Assembly: GCF_964194025.1 (NCBI RefSeq)
Contig: NC_134471.1
Span: 16,802,001 to 16,866,000 of the forward strand
Direction: 5' to 3'
DNA from: Convolutriloba macropyga
Lineage: Eukaryota
DNA length: 64,000 nt
Shown: piece after piece, positions 1 to 25,298 of the stretch
Layout: every line of letters begins with the position of its first letter
Numbering within the stretch: position 1 is the first letter of the stretch
Translations under genes and position numbers: made by a program
The notes under the pieces: generated by a model
What the model was told of the DNA's origin: nothing
What the model saw: only the letters and a program-made list of their open reading frames with translations
Database searches by the model: none

Positions 1-10
1 ATAGTTACCC

Positions 11-2478
11 TCAGTCACAGCAAGATGGGTCCTGACTTCTCCAAAAAAACTGCGGAACATTCCTTGCTCGTGTCCCTTGTCTGGGCTCTGCCCTGTCCGC
101 TTGCTCCAGTGCCTCTTCAAAGAAGCCAACTGTCAGTGAGTAGTCCTCCGTTTCACTGTCTTCCAGTGACTCAGAGTCTCTGATACTCCCTCTTGTTGCA
201 GTAGATTCTTCATCCAGTGCTGCTTCTTCAATATCTGAGGCATCTCGTCTCAGTGTCGTTTCTTGAGTGTTCACGCTCTCTGCGTCATGCCGCTCTTCCT
301 TTATTGCAGTAGATGTGCCTTGCTCCTCTTTGTTGCCATCGTCTTGATGACCATCATCTGAGTGCCAGATCCCCAGTTGCCGTGACCCCTCATCTAGTAG
401 GTCGGGCGTCTCTGTGTTGTCAGGGATTGAGCCCACTTCGGACTCCTTGATGATCACATATCGAACTGCCACAACCTTGCGTGTGTTGGGTACGTACACC
501 AGGTATCCATTACCTCCTTCAGTGTAACCCACAAACTTTCCTTCCAGTGCCTTGGGTTCAAGTTTGCTGACATCTGTCCCGCTTCCTCATGAAGACTGTG
601 CAAACAAAATAGATAGTTTACTAATTGAAAGATTAGGTTTTATACCTCGCATCAGCTCTGCTGGTCATTTTTCTTCTCGTCTCACAACCAATTTCCTGAT
701 CCTTGTTGCGTGAAGAATTGCTGCTCCCCACATCATCTTGGGAAGTCCTGAGTCAATGAGCAAACATCTTGCCATCTCCAGCAGTGTCCTGTTGCACCTC
801 TCAGCTAACCTTTTCTGTTGTGGCGTCTATGGTATGGTCTTCTCCTGCAGAATGCCTGCATCTAAGCAGTATGCCTTGAACTGCTCTGAGAGAAACTCCT
901 TCGCATTGTCTTGCCTCAGCTTCTTGGGCGTCCCCACACTGAGAACAAATTTCTTCAGGCTAGCCAGTGCTTCACTCATTGCCTTAAGCAAGTCCGCAAA
1001 CACAAACTTCGTGTACTGGTCTGCAAACACAATGCAGAACCGGAACCCTGACAGTGACTCTACTCTGAAAGGTCCCATCACGTCTGTGAACACCCTCTCC
1101 AGCTTTTCTGCTGGGGTCTCTGCCACTCTTGGTACTGGAGTCTTTGTGATCTTGGCCAATGCACACACATTGCATACATCATCGAGTTCCCCCACTGTCT
1201 CTGGTGCATTCCTGACCACATCCGCTTGATTCAAATGACCCAATCGTCTGTGCCACTTCCTTGCATTGTCAAGTTTCACGCTATTAGAACTCATCTTGAA
1301 TTCTAGAACGCTGCAGGGTAAGTAAAACAAACTATTTTGTGTTAGTTTTACCCGAGTTCCCTTCTGGAGTTTCATGCAGCTGTTTCCTTTCTCGAAAGTG
1401 AAGCTATGTCCCCACTCCGTGCATCTTGAGACTGGTAGGAGGTTTGAACAATAGTCTGGCACACACCACTCTGAAAGCCTCTCCGTTGGGATTTCTGACC
1501 ACTGATTGAATGGGCACAAAGTCCAGGAATGCATCGATGTTCGTCACTATGTGATCTGTACAACCAATGTCCACTAGCATGCCTGCTGTCTTCCACTGGG
1601 TAAGAGCTGCCCAGTATTCCTCGTCTGGTGAAGCCAATGTTGGACCCATTGCCACTGACTCCTGTTTGCCTCCGTCTCTTTGTCTCTTGCATGCCCTGTC
1701 ACAACACTTGCTGCATTGTGCTGTCTCCTTCCTCCTGCAGTCCTTGGCTAAGTGTCCAGGGATCCCACACACAAAGCAGTTTCCTTTCTTGGGTCCCTTC
1801 TTGAAGTCATGCTTCACTGCCAGTGCCACTGAACCACTTTGTCCCTTGTGCCTCTGTGCTGTGCTCTCATGGAAGTTCTGCAGCCTTTTCCTCCACTCTG
1901 TGAAGTTCCTTGCCGGGTTAAAGCTTTCCTGTATAACAAAACTTTCATACCTCATTGGCAGACCATTGAGGACCAAGGCGTTGAAGAGGGTCTCTGAGAC
2001 TGCTTCCCCTGCTTCTTGTAGCCTTGTGAGCAACTCCTGTCCTCTGATGAAGAAACTATCCAAATATGTGCCACCAAAGTCACCACTGTCGGCGTCTCCA
2101 CACTCTGAAATCTCTCTTGCAAAAGCTTCCAAGCCTTTGCTCCATCTCCGATGCCGTCATCTCCCACACAGTCATGTCTCATCAGCATGAGGGTTGTTGC
2201 ATCTAGAGTCAGTGCCAGATGGCACCACACATTGTTCCGTTTCTCTTTGATGCAAGTTCCTTCTCATATACATCCTTCAGCACCTTGTGGTTCTTCTTTT
2301 CATCATTGCTCGCCCCATTGGCTAGTGGTTCAGGCTCGTTGGGTTGCTCCTCTGTCCCAAGTAGTGATTTGTAGAGTCCTTTCGTCTGCATCATTGCCAA
2401 AAATCTTGTGCTCCAGATTGGAAAGTCCTGTGCCTTTCCTGTGTAGGTCAGCAGCTTCACTGTCTGTTGATCCATCAT
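11..2478 (-). pseudogene. Copia gag-pol polyprotein, disrupted by several frameshifts
   Basis: Domains are split over at least five reading-frame segments in the ORF track. Confidence 0.85.
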
Positions 2479-2593
2479 AGTTTGAGCAGGCAAAACAGTT
2501 GTGAAAAGAAAAGGTACTAAGCAGAAAAGAATTATGACTGTCAACAACAAATTAGTTTTGTTTTAGAAATTATTTTTAAGACTTAGAAAATTG

Positions 2594-2607
2594 CTGGGCC
2601 CATAACC
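2594..2607 (-). promoter_or_regulatory. Copia primer-binding site GGTTATGGGCCCAG
   Basis: Plus strand ctgggcccataacc; its reverse complement matches the PBS I recall for Drosophila copia-type elements (internal tRNA-iMet fragment priming); abuts the LTR. Confidence 0.85.
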
Positions 2608-2890
2608 TATTGGGCTATGGGTTTTCGCAAGAGGAATAAAAAGCGTTTTTAACTAAGTAGAAAAAATTAATTTCTCAAAATGAGAGAATAACAAGAATGA
2701 TATTTTACAGTAGGATTTAGAGATTTACAGGAGATCTGATTATTAGATCAAGATGTTGATTTGATTTTGGGGGTGAAATAGGACGCAAAAATCAGCTGTA
2801 TATAAACCCATTATCAGTGTGAAAAAGTCAAGATACAAAACTAATCTTAGCACCATGATTTATAGTGGGGGTCGCAAGGGTTACCCAATA
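2608..2890 (-). repeat. Putative 5' LTR (283 bp) with TATTGGG...CCCAATA terminal inverted repeats
   Basis: tattggg at 2608-2614 directly next to the PBS and cccaata at 2884-2890; partner LTR is outside the window so the outer boundary is inferred. Confidence 0.65.
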
Positions 2891-3524
2891 TGGTTTGCTT
2901 CTGAAAATCAGTCGCAAAGGGAACCATAAATGGAATGCATTTGCACTTTTCTAAGAATTCTTTCACACTTCCGGAGATATCATAATCATTTAATACATGC
3001 TGGGAAGATTTTACATCAATTAATCTAACTCTAATAATAGTTATCTAGAATCATCAGTTTGAACCTAGTATTGATTCACAGCACCATTTCTTGAGGATTC
3101 ATATATATCAGTATTGGTGACTTGAATCGATTTACCTCTGTCAGATTAATTTGGTAAGTTAAACTTTCTAATAATACTAATTTTAAGTCTTCAACTCGAA
3201 TCAAAATTCTAACAGTATGAAATTTTCTATGAAGAGCTCGGAGCTAGAATGTTATTGGTCTCTTTTGCTTGAATTACTGCTGTTTTTCAAATTCAATTTG
3301 AAAGCAAAGATTTGTTGACAATCAGAATTTCATTTTTTCATCAGGCCGTTTTTCACAGGCTTAACTTCGATAGAAACATACTATTAATTCAATATTTCAA
3401 AGTGAGTGCGGATAGTGAAAATAAGAAAAACAAAATGAGCTTGTAGCAATGAATATTGCGCTCAAATTTCCTTTATAACGGTCGGCTACAGTTTTCACAC
3501 CATTTACACTGGTGTGCTTTTCAG

Positions 3525-15447
<11,923 letters not shown>

Positions 15448-16869
15448 AAAATGATAGCTTTGGTTCTGCTTTGGATCGACCATCCAGAAAGTGTCCTATA
15501 GCTACCAATCGATGCTTGCGAAGCTTGACCTGCTAACAATCTTTGCCATGTTTGTAATTCACACAAAATTCTCGAATCAATTTTAAGTAAAACGAAGAGA
15601 TTGACAATTGTACATTTTAATTTTAATTTGTCGATGAGAAATTATACAGCCTGTTAGTTATCTCTGAGACACCTTATCTGAAAAGTTTGTGTTATCCAAT
15701 ATCATTTACGCCTATAACTGATTGCTATCTAAACTGATCAAAAAATTTTATCTATTGTAGTTTAGTGTCCAATTCAACAGTTTTCGATGTTAGCTTTTTA
15801 GGCTATCACAAATATCAGCCAATCAAGTCGGTTTCCTCATTTTTGCTTTTTTAAAAAAATAACAATAAATGCTGTTATTCTTTTTTCCTATGCATTGCAG
15901 TTGCCTCTCTCCGTGTTGTGAGAGTCAACAATTTTGGTCTAATCTGTGCTCATAGTTTTCATGACTCTATTGAGTATCATCATGAGTATTGATTTTGTTG
16001 GATTTTACTGGAAGTACTATTTGTCCGGGCGGCGTCTTGACCTCGAAAGGAAATAGAGAAAATATTCTGATGTAAACAAATTTTTGCTAAGTGAGACATC
16101 TTTTTGTTCAGGTGCCGCGTTCAATCAGTGACAGTTCGATATTGAATAGTTCTCTAACAAAATAGTTTTGGTCGATTTTCTGGCTTTTAGATAGATTAAT
16201 TTAGGTGCAAGTTTTTATTTTTTGTTCATGTGCGGCTTTTAAAAGCAGTTTTTCAACTTTTGATGGTTATGAGGTTTGATTATGATATTGTATTAGTTTT
16301 AGGCTTGTTTTGATAGGAATTGAGGGTTTCAAGTAGTTAATTTGAGTTTAATGCTAACTCGGAGGTTTTTGATCAGTTTTGCTGATTTTTAGACGAAATT
16401 TAATGATTTTTTGTCTGTTTTTTTCTTGTTACTTAATAAATTTTCAGATACCAATTGATTAAAATTTTGTTGGTATAAATGATTTTTTTTCTTGACAGAA
16501 AAATTGAGAAAAAATGACAGAAAAATGGAGAAATTAAAAAAATTTTTTGCAGTTTTTCTGAATCTTAGACAAGTTTCTTAGCCTATTATGACTTGCCTAT
16601 TGCATTGCGATCCTTTCATTGCTCTAATTGCAATGGAACTTTATTTGGTTTTATGTTTTCTTGTACTAAAAAAAACTCATTAAGCTTTTCTGGTTTTTTT
16701 TGTTCAGTTTGGTTTTGAATGCCGTTTCTATTCTTCTTTTTTTGTTCAGTTTGGTTTTGAATGCCGTTTCTATTCTTCCTTAAATTTTTTATGGCATTTG
16801 TGGAGGTTTAGGGTTCACAATAGTTGTTCTAGTTGTTTAAATTTTAAGTATTGGCAATTTTCTCCTAGT

Positions 16870-17446
16870 CATTTCCGGAATTCTTCCGGCTATGTTTTTT
16901 ACTTCGTCCAACATATTTTCGTCTTACCCTGACTTTCATGACTTTGTTGACTTCTCATGACTTTGAGCTTTCAAAACCGATAAACAGGTAAAGCTCAGCG
17001 GGCATCAAGTTTCATTAGAGGCCCTTAGCCGCGTTTGGTAGTCCTTCAAGTACTTAGAGTGGTGAAGTTACTGGGAACTAACATCATTAAAAAAATGACT
17101 TGTGAAATCACTTAATGAACTTTAAATTTTATGACAATTTATTAGTTAAAGATCAATAGTGTGCATCTAAGTATTGCCAAACCTGTTTTCCCTAATTCTT
17201 GAGTATTAGAGTCTTGAGTTTATGGTTTCGAATAATATTTTTGAAAAAAAGCTCCCTTAGGGCTTTTTCCTTATAGAGCGTATGTGTCTCATTAAAATGA
17301 CACCGGATCTAACCCAAAAAGTAGAGTGGTCTAATAAAGGACTGGTGGTCAATCTGTCTTTCTTTTTTTTTTAGTTGCTTCAAATCCATGGAAGGCTTGA
17401 AGCCTCTTTCGCGGCTATTTTCCGGCAATCTGCCGGCTATGTTTTT
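16870..17446 (+). mobile_element. Family B HINE-like fragments with two 3' ends
   Basis: 3' hairpins ccggaattcttccgg-ctatgtttt (16875) and gcggctatt-ttccggcaatctgccgg-ctatgtttt (17411-17441); interior matches 5100-5200 and 7350-7470. Confidence 0.6.
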
Positions 17447-17547
17447 ACAACATACTTTTGTGAAAGTATTCTTTCGTTGAAGGTTTGTAGGTTATCCATG
17501 AGATATATCCATCCATGAGCTCAATATGAGATATAGTGGAACCGTTT

Positions 17548-20500
17548 CGATATATTCATTGTAGAGAAATGTGAGTGGTATCATTAAAAAGCTCGTGCAG
17601 CGTAGAAATCAAAATTAAAAGATTTTGAATTTCTGTTTTTTTTTCGAGGTTTAAAATTTAATGTGAACACGGGATATTTGGTTCACTTTTGTTCTTTTTT
17701 TACGTTAATTTTTGTTCCAATTAACATTTTTTCTATGAAAATTCTAATTCATAGTTACATTTCACGCTACAAAATGCATAAATTTGTTGTTCCTATTAGA
17801 CAAAAGGCGATAAAAAAAAGACTAGTTCTGGTCTCACAGGGAAGTTTACTTTCAAAAAAAATCAAATTTTATTTGGGAGCTGTCTTTTTACATTTTTTTT
17901 TGCTTTTAAGTCACTAAGAGTATAGTCGCGTTTCATATCGAGGTCCCGTTAATGAAAAACCTCATTTACAGTCCAACGATCCCCAATGAACAGAAAATTA
18001 GCTTTCAAGGAGTCGTTCATTTTTTTTTGGGCTTCGACTCTGTTCGTAATTTTTAATGAACTTTTGATTTTTCTTTTGAGATTGTACTGATTTTTTGAAG
18101 TCCTAGAGCATGGATACGTTGACTAAAAGTGCGATAGTCTTCCTATTTAATTGATTGCGTTAGTTGAACCTATCTAGTGCTTTGAGTGTACAGCTAATTG
18201 CTGTTAAGACTTTAAAAATAATTCGATAATTTTTAAGGTTAACCGATCTTAAACTTATTTTTTTTGAAACGTTAGGCAGTCTCAATAAAGACAGAACCCC
18301 GTCCTTTCTATTGCAACCAAAATTAACCTGCTTAGTGGTTTTATCTTCAATTATTGGTTTTGTGACTTCGATTCGACGAGTTTTCATATAATTCTTTAAT
18401 TTCTTATATATTTTTTATAATTTTGTTTCCAGAATTATATCACATTATCCTAATATTGAATATTCCCATTGGCTCAGAGAAGAAGTTTAGAAATCACGAA
18501 TAAATTTTTTAGAAATAAAATTTATGGATTAACTGACTTCGACACTTCCTTTTCTGAATTTTTGTTTTTTCCGTGTATTTTTTATTGTTTTCAAGGTCAT
18601 GAGACCTTTTCTGATATCTTATTGATGACTGTTGAACTAAGAACATCCTTCTCTTTTCATCTAGGAATGAAGTAGCGTATTTATTGCTTTCCGTTTAAAG
18701 CTATTGTTTTTAATGCCGTTGATACTACGGGCTTTCTCAAAGAGTTCGTCATTTTAAAATAGTTGTACATATTTGTTGATTTTTTTGAAGTCTTACAGTT
18801 AAAAAAAAGAAAGGGAGGATCCTATTGCTGTTAAAATTACTTTAAAAAAGAAACTTTTTCCTGAAAAATGAATATTCAGTGGTTTAGACACTTTTCTGTC
18901 ATTTTTTTTTATTTTGCTGTTTTTTAAAATCCTTTGTAGTCGTAAAATTTTTTTATTTCAGTTTTTGTTCTTTTAGTCAACTTGTAACTTATTCTCATCA
19001 TTGAGAAGTCGCTTCCAATTCCTTGTACTTCAAAAATTAAACTTTCTATTGATATTATGTTCTTACTGATGATTTGGTATAATATGCTTTTTCATAATTG
19101 TCATGTGAGTGGTCAATATTTGTGTTTCTTTTTCTCTTCTTTTACCACATTCGCGAAATAAGAGAGCCCACATTTTTTCAACGTTAACCGATCCCAAACT
19201 TGTTTTTCTGAACTGTAAGTCAGTCTCAGTAATGACAGGAACCCCGTCTTTTCTACTGCAACAAAAATTAACCTGGTTAGCGGTTTTATCAATTATTGGT
19301 TTTGTGACTTCGATGCGACGAGTTTTCATTTAGTTTTGGATATTTTTTCATAATTATTTCTTTGTAATTGTATTACCTTTTCCTAATAGTGAGAGTTTCA
19401 ATTGGCTCAGAGAAGGCGTTAAAAGAATCATAGATAAAGTTTTCTGAGAAAAGCTTATGAATTAAATTCGACACTTTCTTCTGAGACTTTTCTACTGAAG
19501 TTGTGGTTCTTGCCTGTATTTCTTATTGTTTTTTTTGAATTTGCTGTTTTTTTCTTAGTGGTTGTAAAATGCTAAGAGGTCTCCTAAGCTTCTAATTGAG
19601 GAGTGAATGAATGGCATTACTCTATGCAGTCAGTTCATAGCGAATAGTTAAAAAGTTTATGATATTGTTCCTTCTCAATTTTTTTTTCATTTCAGTTTTT
19701 GTTCTTTTGTCAACTTGTAACTTATTCTCATCATTGAGAGGTCCCATCCAGTTCCTTGTAATTCAAAAGTTAAACTTTCTATTGATAATATATAGTAACT
19801 GATTTGTTTGTATGACGATATTCGTTTTCATAAATGTTTTGTGAGTGGTGTATTTGTTTCTTTTTCTCTTTTACCACATTCGCGTAGTAATAGAGCCCAT
19901 TTTTTTCCAAATGAGGACCAAGTGAACTTATTTAATTGTTCATTATAAAGTTACCTCAATCACTACAGATAGCAATAGAAATATAAACAATATTCAGATA
20001 ATAGCTAATGACTTTAATGGCTTCATTAATTTGATTTTTCTTAGGTTGTTTGTAATTTCTTGAGTTTTTCTGCATCAACTTATTCTCATCATTGAGAAGT
20101 CGCTTCCAATTCCTTGTACTTCAAAAATTAAACTTTCTATTGATATTATGTTGTTACTGATGATTTGGTATAATATGCTTTATCATAATTGTCATGTGAG
20201 TGGTCAATTTTTGTGTTTCTTTTTCTCTTCTTTTACCACATTCGCGAAATAAGAGAGCCCAAATTTTTTCAACGCTAACCGATCCCAAACTTGTTTTTCT
20301 GAACTGTAAGTCAGTCTCAGTAATGACAGGAACCCCGTCTTTTCTACTGCAACAAAAATTAACCTGGTTAGCGGTTTTATCAATTATTGGTTTTGTGACT
20401 TCGATGCGACGAGTTTTCATTTAGTTTTGGATATTTTTTCATAATTATTTCTTTGTAATTGTATTACCTTTTCCTAATAGTGAGAGTTTCAATTGGCTCA

Positions 20501-22820
20501 GAGAAGGCGTTAAAAGAATCATGGATAAAGTTTTCTGAGAAAAGCTTATGAATTAAATTCGACACTTTCTTCTGAGACTTTTCTACTGAAGTTGTGGTTC
20601 TTGCCTGTATTTCTTATTGTTTTTTTTTTGAATTTGCTGTTTTTTTCTTAGTGGTTGTAAAATGCTAAGAGGTCTCCTAAGCTTCTAATTGAGGAGTGAA
20701 TGAATGGCATTACTCTATGCAGTCAGTTCATAGCGAATAGTCAAAAAGTTTATGATATTGTTCCTTCTCAATTTTTTTTTTCATTTCAGTTTTTGTTCTT
20801 TTGTCAACTTGTAACTTATTCTCATCATTGAGAGGTCCCATCCAGTTCCTTGTAATTCAAAAGTTAAACTTTCTATTGATAATATATAGTAACTGATTTG
20901 TTTGTATGACGATATTCGTTTTCATAAATGTTTTGTGAGTGGTGTATTTGTTTCTTTTTCTCTTTTACCACATTCGCGTAGTAATAGAGCCCAATTTTTT
21001 CCAAATGAGGACCAAGTGAACTTATTTAATTGTTCATTATAAAGTTACCTCAATCACTACAGATAGCAATAGAAATATAAACAATATTCAGATAATAGCT
21101 AATGACTTTAATGGCTTCATTAATTTGATTTTTCTTAGGTTGTTTGTAATTTCTTGAGTTTTTCTGCATCAACTTATTCTCATCATTGAGAAGTCGCTTC
21201 CAATTCCTTGTACTTCAAAAATTAAACTTTCTATTGATATTATGTTGTTACTGATGATTTGGTATAATATGCTTTTTCATAATTGTCATGTGAGTGGTCA
21301 ATATTTGTGTTTCTTTTTCTCTTCTTTTACCACATTCGCGAAATAAGAGAGCCCAAATTTTTTCAACGTTAACCGATCCCAAACTTGTTTTTCTGAACTG
21401 TACGTCAGTCTCAGTAATGACAGGAACCCCGTCTTTTCTACTACAACAAAAATTAACCTGGTTAGCGGTTTTATCAATTATTGGTTTTGTGACTTCGATG
21501 CGACGAGTTTTCATTTAGTTTTGGATATTTTTTCATAATTATTTCTTTGTAATTGTATTACCTTTTCCTAATATTGAGAGTTTCAATTGGCTCAGAGAAG
21601 GCGTTAAAAGAATCATGGATAAAGTTTTCTGAGAAAAGCTTATGAATTAAATTCGACACTTTCTTCTGAGACTTTTCTACTGAAGTTGTGGTTCTTGCCT
21701 GTATTTCTTATTGTTTTTTTTTGAATTTGCTGTTTTTTTCTTAGTGGTTGTAAAATGCTAAGAGGTCTCCTAAGCTTCTAATTGAGGAGTGAATGAATGG
21801 CATTACTCTATGCAGTCATATCATAGCGAATAGTCTAAAAGTTTATGATATTGTTCCTTCTCAATTTTTTTTTTCATTTCAGTTTTTGTTCTTTTTGTCA
21901 ACTTGTAACTTATTCTCATCATTGAGAGGTCCCATCCAGTTCCTTGAAATTCAAAAGTTAAACTTTCTATTGATAATATATAGTAACTGATTTGTTTGTA
22001 TGACGATATTCGTTTTCATAAATGTTTTGTGAGTGGTGTATTTGTTTCTTTTTCTCTTTTACCACATTCGCGTAGTAATAGAGCCCAATTTTTTCCAAAT
22101 GAGGACCAAGTGAACTTATTTAATTGTTCATTATAAAGTTACCTCAATCACTACAGATAGCAATAGAAATATAAACAATATTCAGATAATAGCTATTTAC
22201 TTTAATGGCTTCATTAATTTGATTTTTCTTAGGTTGTTTGTAATTTCTTGAGTTTTTCTGCATCTTTAGTCCGTTTCTATGCCTTAGTCTAACCAAAGAT
22301 AGGTCCTATCGGTTTCATATTGACTTTTAGTAAATTTATGGATAATTATTTTGTTAAAAGCTAATTTGAAATTATTTGGTTGAAAAATTTTGATAGATTG
22401 TTGAATTTCTCCTCATTAGTTGTTCTTTTTCCTTGTTACCTAGTCTCAATAAGGAAACTTCCCATCTGCTGTATAGTTAAGATAAAAGAAATTTTGTGCC
22501 GTTAGGCTTTTATCTGATTGCTTTTTGACGTTGTTTACCAGGTGCTTTTACATTTAGGTTTTTTTTTGCCTTTAGTTTTTTAATTCTGCTTATTTTGTTT
22601 GTTTTTTTCGTAGTCTTTTTATTGGCAGATCTTGTGAGCGCTGTAATCAGGCATTGCATTATTTAATTCAGTTAGTAGTTTAACGAGTTGTATAACTATT
22701 TTTTTAAACTCAAACATCTATTTTTTGGTTTTCTTCATTTGGTTGACAATTAAGCCAAAAATATATATCAGCTCGGGTCGGAACATCATGTGCAAACGCA
22801 CATTAACGAGCTTCCTTGTT
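17548..22820 (+). mobile_element. Large family A HINE/Helentron-like element, 5' terminus missing, with internal 3x 1.09 kb array
   Basis: 17548-17660 is homologous to 32458-32580 (just inside the family A 5' end); 3' end gggtcggaac (22775-22784) + atgtgc-aaac-gcacat hairpin + gagc..ccttgtt. Confidence 0.6.
18986..22264. repeat. Tandem triplication, units 18986-20076, 20077-21170, 21171-22264 (~1.09 kb, near identical)
   Basis: Identical repeated ORFs at 19063, 20154, 21248; unit start aacttattctcatcattgagaagtcgc; unit itself holds a diverged internal repeat; older diverged copy around 18230-18560. Confidence 0.95.
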
Positions 22821-23432
22821 AGTTTTAGCGTCAAAAGACACTCCCTGTCGCGTCTAAAGGTACACTTCGTGAAATCTAGTCAATGGCGTTTATAAATTTT
22901 TGACTTGATCTATTTCAAAGAACGGCATGGTTAAATAATGAAAGCACAGCATCGTGCTATGATTGGATTAACTGAGTAGCTTAGGCCTTGTCTGAATTCG
23001 AGAGCTGTTTATTCCGTGCAATCTTTAAATGAAAGGTGTTGAATGCTACCTACGAAAGAGAGACGTGGTTGCTGTTTTGTGATGGAAAATGCTGTTTCGA
23101 TAATAAAAATTTTTAATGAAGACAAAAAGCGAAGTTTTTGGGGAATCATTTTTAAACACTGCGTTTATAATTCATTTAGTTTTCTGTGGGTGTTGAAATA
23201 TATTGACTCAATGTTTTACCAAGTTCACAGCCGTTTTTTCAAAACCATGTATTATAAAATTTGTATATGAGCTTTAGAAATAAAAACGGACAAATTTGTT
23301 CATGGGGGGGGGGGGGGGGGGGGCATCAAATTCGGGCCATTTTTTAAATCCTGTAATGCAACTATTGTTATTCCAATAGAATATTACCCGAGATTAGTTT
23401 GAATCTGTGGGTCCATTAATTTAAGGCAGTGA

Positions 23433-25298
23433 ATGACCGATAGGGTGGACGGAAATGTTGAGGTGACTACTGACATGAAGTCGCCCAAGACAGTCAAAAT
23501 CGGTAGCGAAGATGACATTAAAAGTAGCACTGAAATTTCAGCCGCGCACAGCGAGCCAGGGATTTGCGATGGCTCGAACGGCGTGTCATCTAATGGTAGT
23601 TTAGAAGTTAGTGAACTGCTTGAAACAAACGTCTCGGATGTCTGTAAAACAGATATTGCAGAACCTCGCGAAGTTATCGATGTTCTAGATGATACGCAGC
23701 AATCTTTAAGTTTAAGTTGTCCCTTGCCCGAGGACTCCGCCGCAGGTCTGTCCAAACGTCAGGTTAGGAAACGGAAGAAGTTTGAAAAACATCTGGAGCA
23801 AAGAAAAGCGAAGCGTGTGGAAGAGAAAGCGAGACAAAAAGAGAAAAACCGCAAAATTGCTGAAGAAACTGGTCAAACAGTTCGAATGAAGCGTGAATAT
23901 TTTAAAGGTGCCTTAGAAAGAAGTGTGGATATTAATATTGTTTTTGATTTGAGTTTTTCGGAGTTGATGTCGATAAAAGATCTCCACAAAGTTGTCCAAC
24001 AGATTCAGAGGTGTTACTCGGTCAATAGAGCCAGTCCGAAACCACTTAAAATACACTTGGCAGGTCTCGATGAGAAGGGAAAGGAAGCGTTCAAGCATTC
24101 GGTCCCTGGATACGAAGGATGGCAGGTTTCTACAATAACGGACGAGTCGTACGCTGATCATTTCAAAATGCAAGTAATTATAGCATACTGTTTCAAAACC
24201 CGATAATGATGCTGTATAGCATTTCAATAAGAATGTTCATTTCTCATTTGAAGCTGTTTGATAGGGAATGGGATATTAGGCGAAGGCTCGATTAGGCGAG
24301 GCGAATTTTTTAAGCCATTAGGCGAAAATTTTATAACTTTTTTGTAGAAATTAGAAGAAAAGCAATTAAAGCTCTTAAAAACGATAAAATGTGCTGAATG
24401 CTACAAAGTACTCAAGTGTCCCCAGCAATTGTCTTTATCTAAGTTTTTAAGTCTAAATTTTTATCTAAATTTTTACACCCCTTAAAAAAATTCTTCGCTC
24501 CTTCTGCAGTAATTTTTAACAAAATCCTCTTCTCGGATATTGCTGCTGAGGGTTCTAAAAATGATGTAACAACTCGAAGAATAGTACTTTTCACATGTTT
24601 TTATGAAATCATTATCACGTAAAGACAATTGCTGGGGACACTTCAGTACTTGGTAGCTTTGAGCACTATTTGAAGTATCGTCTTTAAGAGCTTTAACTAT
24701 GGTTTTCTTCTAATTTCCAGAAAAAGTTAGAGAATTTACGCCTAATGGTTACAAAAATTAACTTCGCCCAATATCCCTTCGGTATAGACCAAAATTGATT
24801 AAAATAATGATGATTTCTCGTTTTTGTGTTTTTGGGTATGCAAATTTTTCAATAAAATAATTCAACTTTTCTTCATTGTAGGTTGAGACAAAAAAGTTGT
24901 TTTACTTGACTGCCGAATCAGATAAATGCATGAGTAGTCTTGAACTGGGAACCTATTACGTAATCGGTGGCTTAGTCGACCATAATTCTCTAAAAGGACA
25001 CTGTCATAATCTGGCCAATGAAAAGTCAGTACCAACTATGCGACTACCAATATCTGAACACATAGATTTGAAAACGAGACACGTTTTGACAATAAACCAC
25101 GTGTTCGAGATTCTCTTAGCTTTAAATAACCAAGATGATGAAAGTGCCGGAGGATGGAAGGAGGCGTTGACTACTGTCATTCCTCAACGTAAAGGTCTCC
25201 AAGCTAAATCAGATTCATTGGAAGCAACAAAAAACAATGTAGCAGAGAAGGCCGAGGAAGAAGCAGCTAATGATGTCGAAGCGCCCAACTTACAGTAG
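23433..25298 (+). CDS. TRMT10A: tRNA (guanine-9-N1)-methyltransferase TRM10 homolog A; exons 23433-24173 and 24882-25298
   Basis: LSKRQ..K-rich N-term, IVFDLSFSELMSIKDL..VVQQIQRCYSVNR, FYLTAES, YYVIGGLVDHN..KG, RLPISEHI..RHVLTINHVFEIL, WKEAL..VIPQRKG; phase-0 GT-AG intron. A vs B/C paralog assigned from motif recall. Confidence 0.9.
24263..24780. mobile_element. MITE/foldback element in TRMT10A intron
   Basis: Long imperfect inverted arms: gggatattaggcgaag...ccattaggcgaaaatt...aagtgtccccagcaattgtcttta vs taaagacaattgctggggacactt...aatttacgcctaatgg...cttcgcccaatatccc; related copy at ~62247-62500. Confidence 0.8.

Larger units (their letters stand above)
1..2890 (-). mobile_element. Ty1/Copia LTR retrotransposon, 5' half (LTR, PBS, gag-protease-integrase), frameshifted; continues beyond window start
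   Basis: Minus-strand ORF pieces in Copia order: gag N-term (FPIWSTRFLAMM, 2209-2550), UBN2-like and zinc knuckle CFVCGIPGHLAKDC plus protease-like VDIGCTDH (1404-2132), GAG-pre-integrase WHRRLGHLN..CNVC and integrase VFTDVMGPF (827-1534), integrase C-term GYTEGGNGYLVY (11-532). PBS at 2594-2607 and LTR at 2608-2890. Confidence 0.95.

Noticed and set aside
738-2480. Plus-strand ORFs of 163, 207 and 109 aa
   Set aside because: Antisense shadows of the Copia polyprotein; no independent motifs.
19063-21518. Three identical 88-aa/74-aa ORFs as a small gene family
   Set aside because: They are products of a near-identical tandem triplication inside a repeat element; no splice or expression support.
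23303-23324. Poly-G runs (also ~49387, ~49845) as G-quadruplex regulatory elements
   Set aside because: Homopolymers within repeat fragments, length unreliable; no further support.
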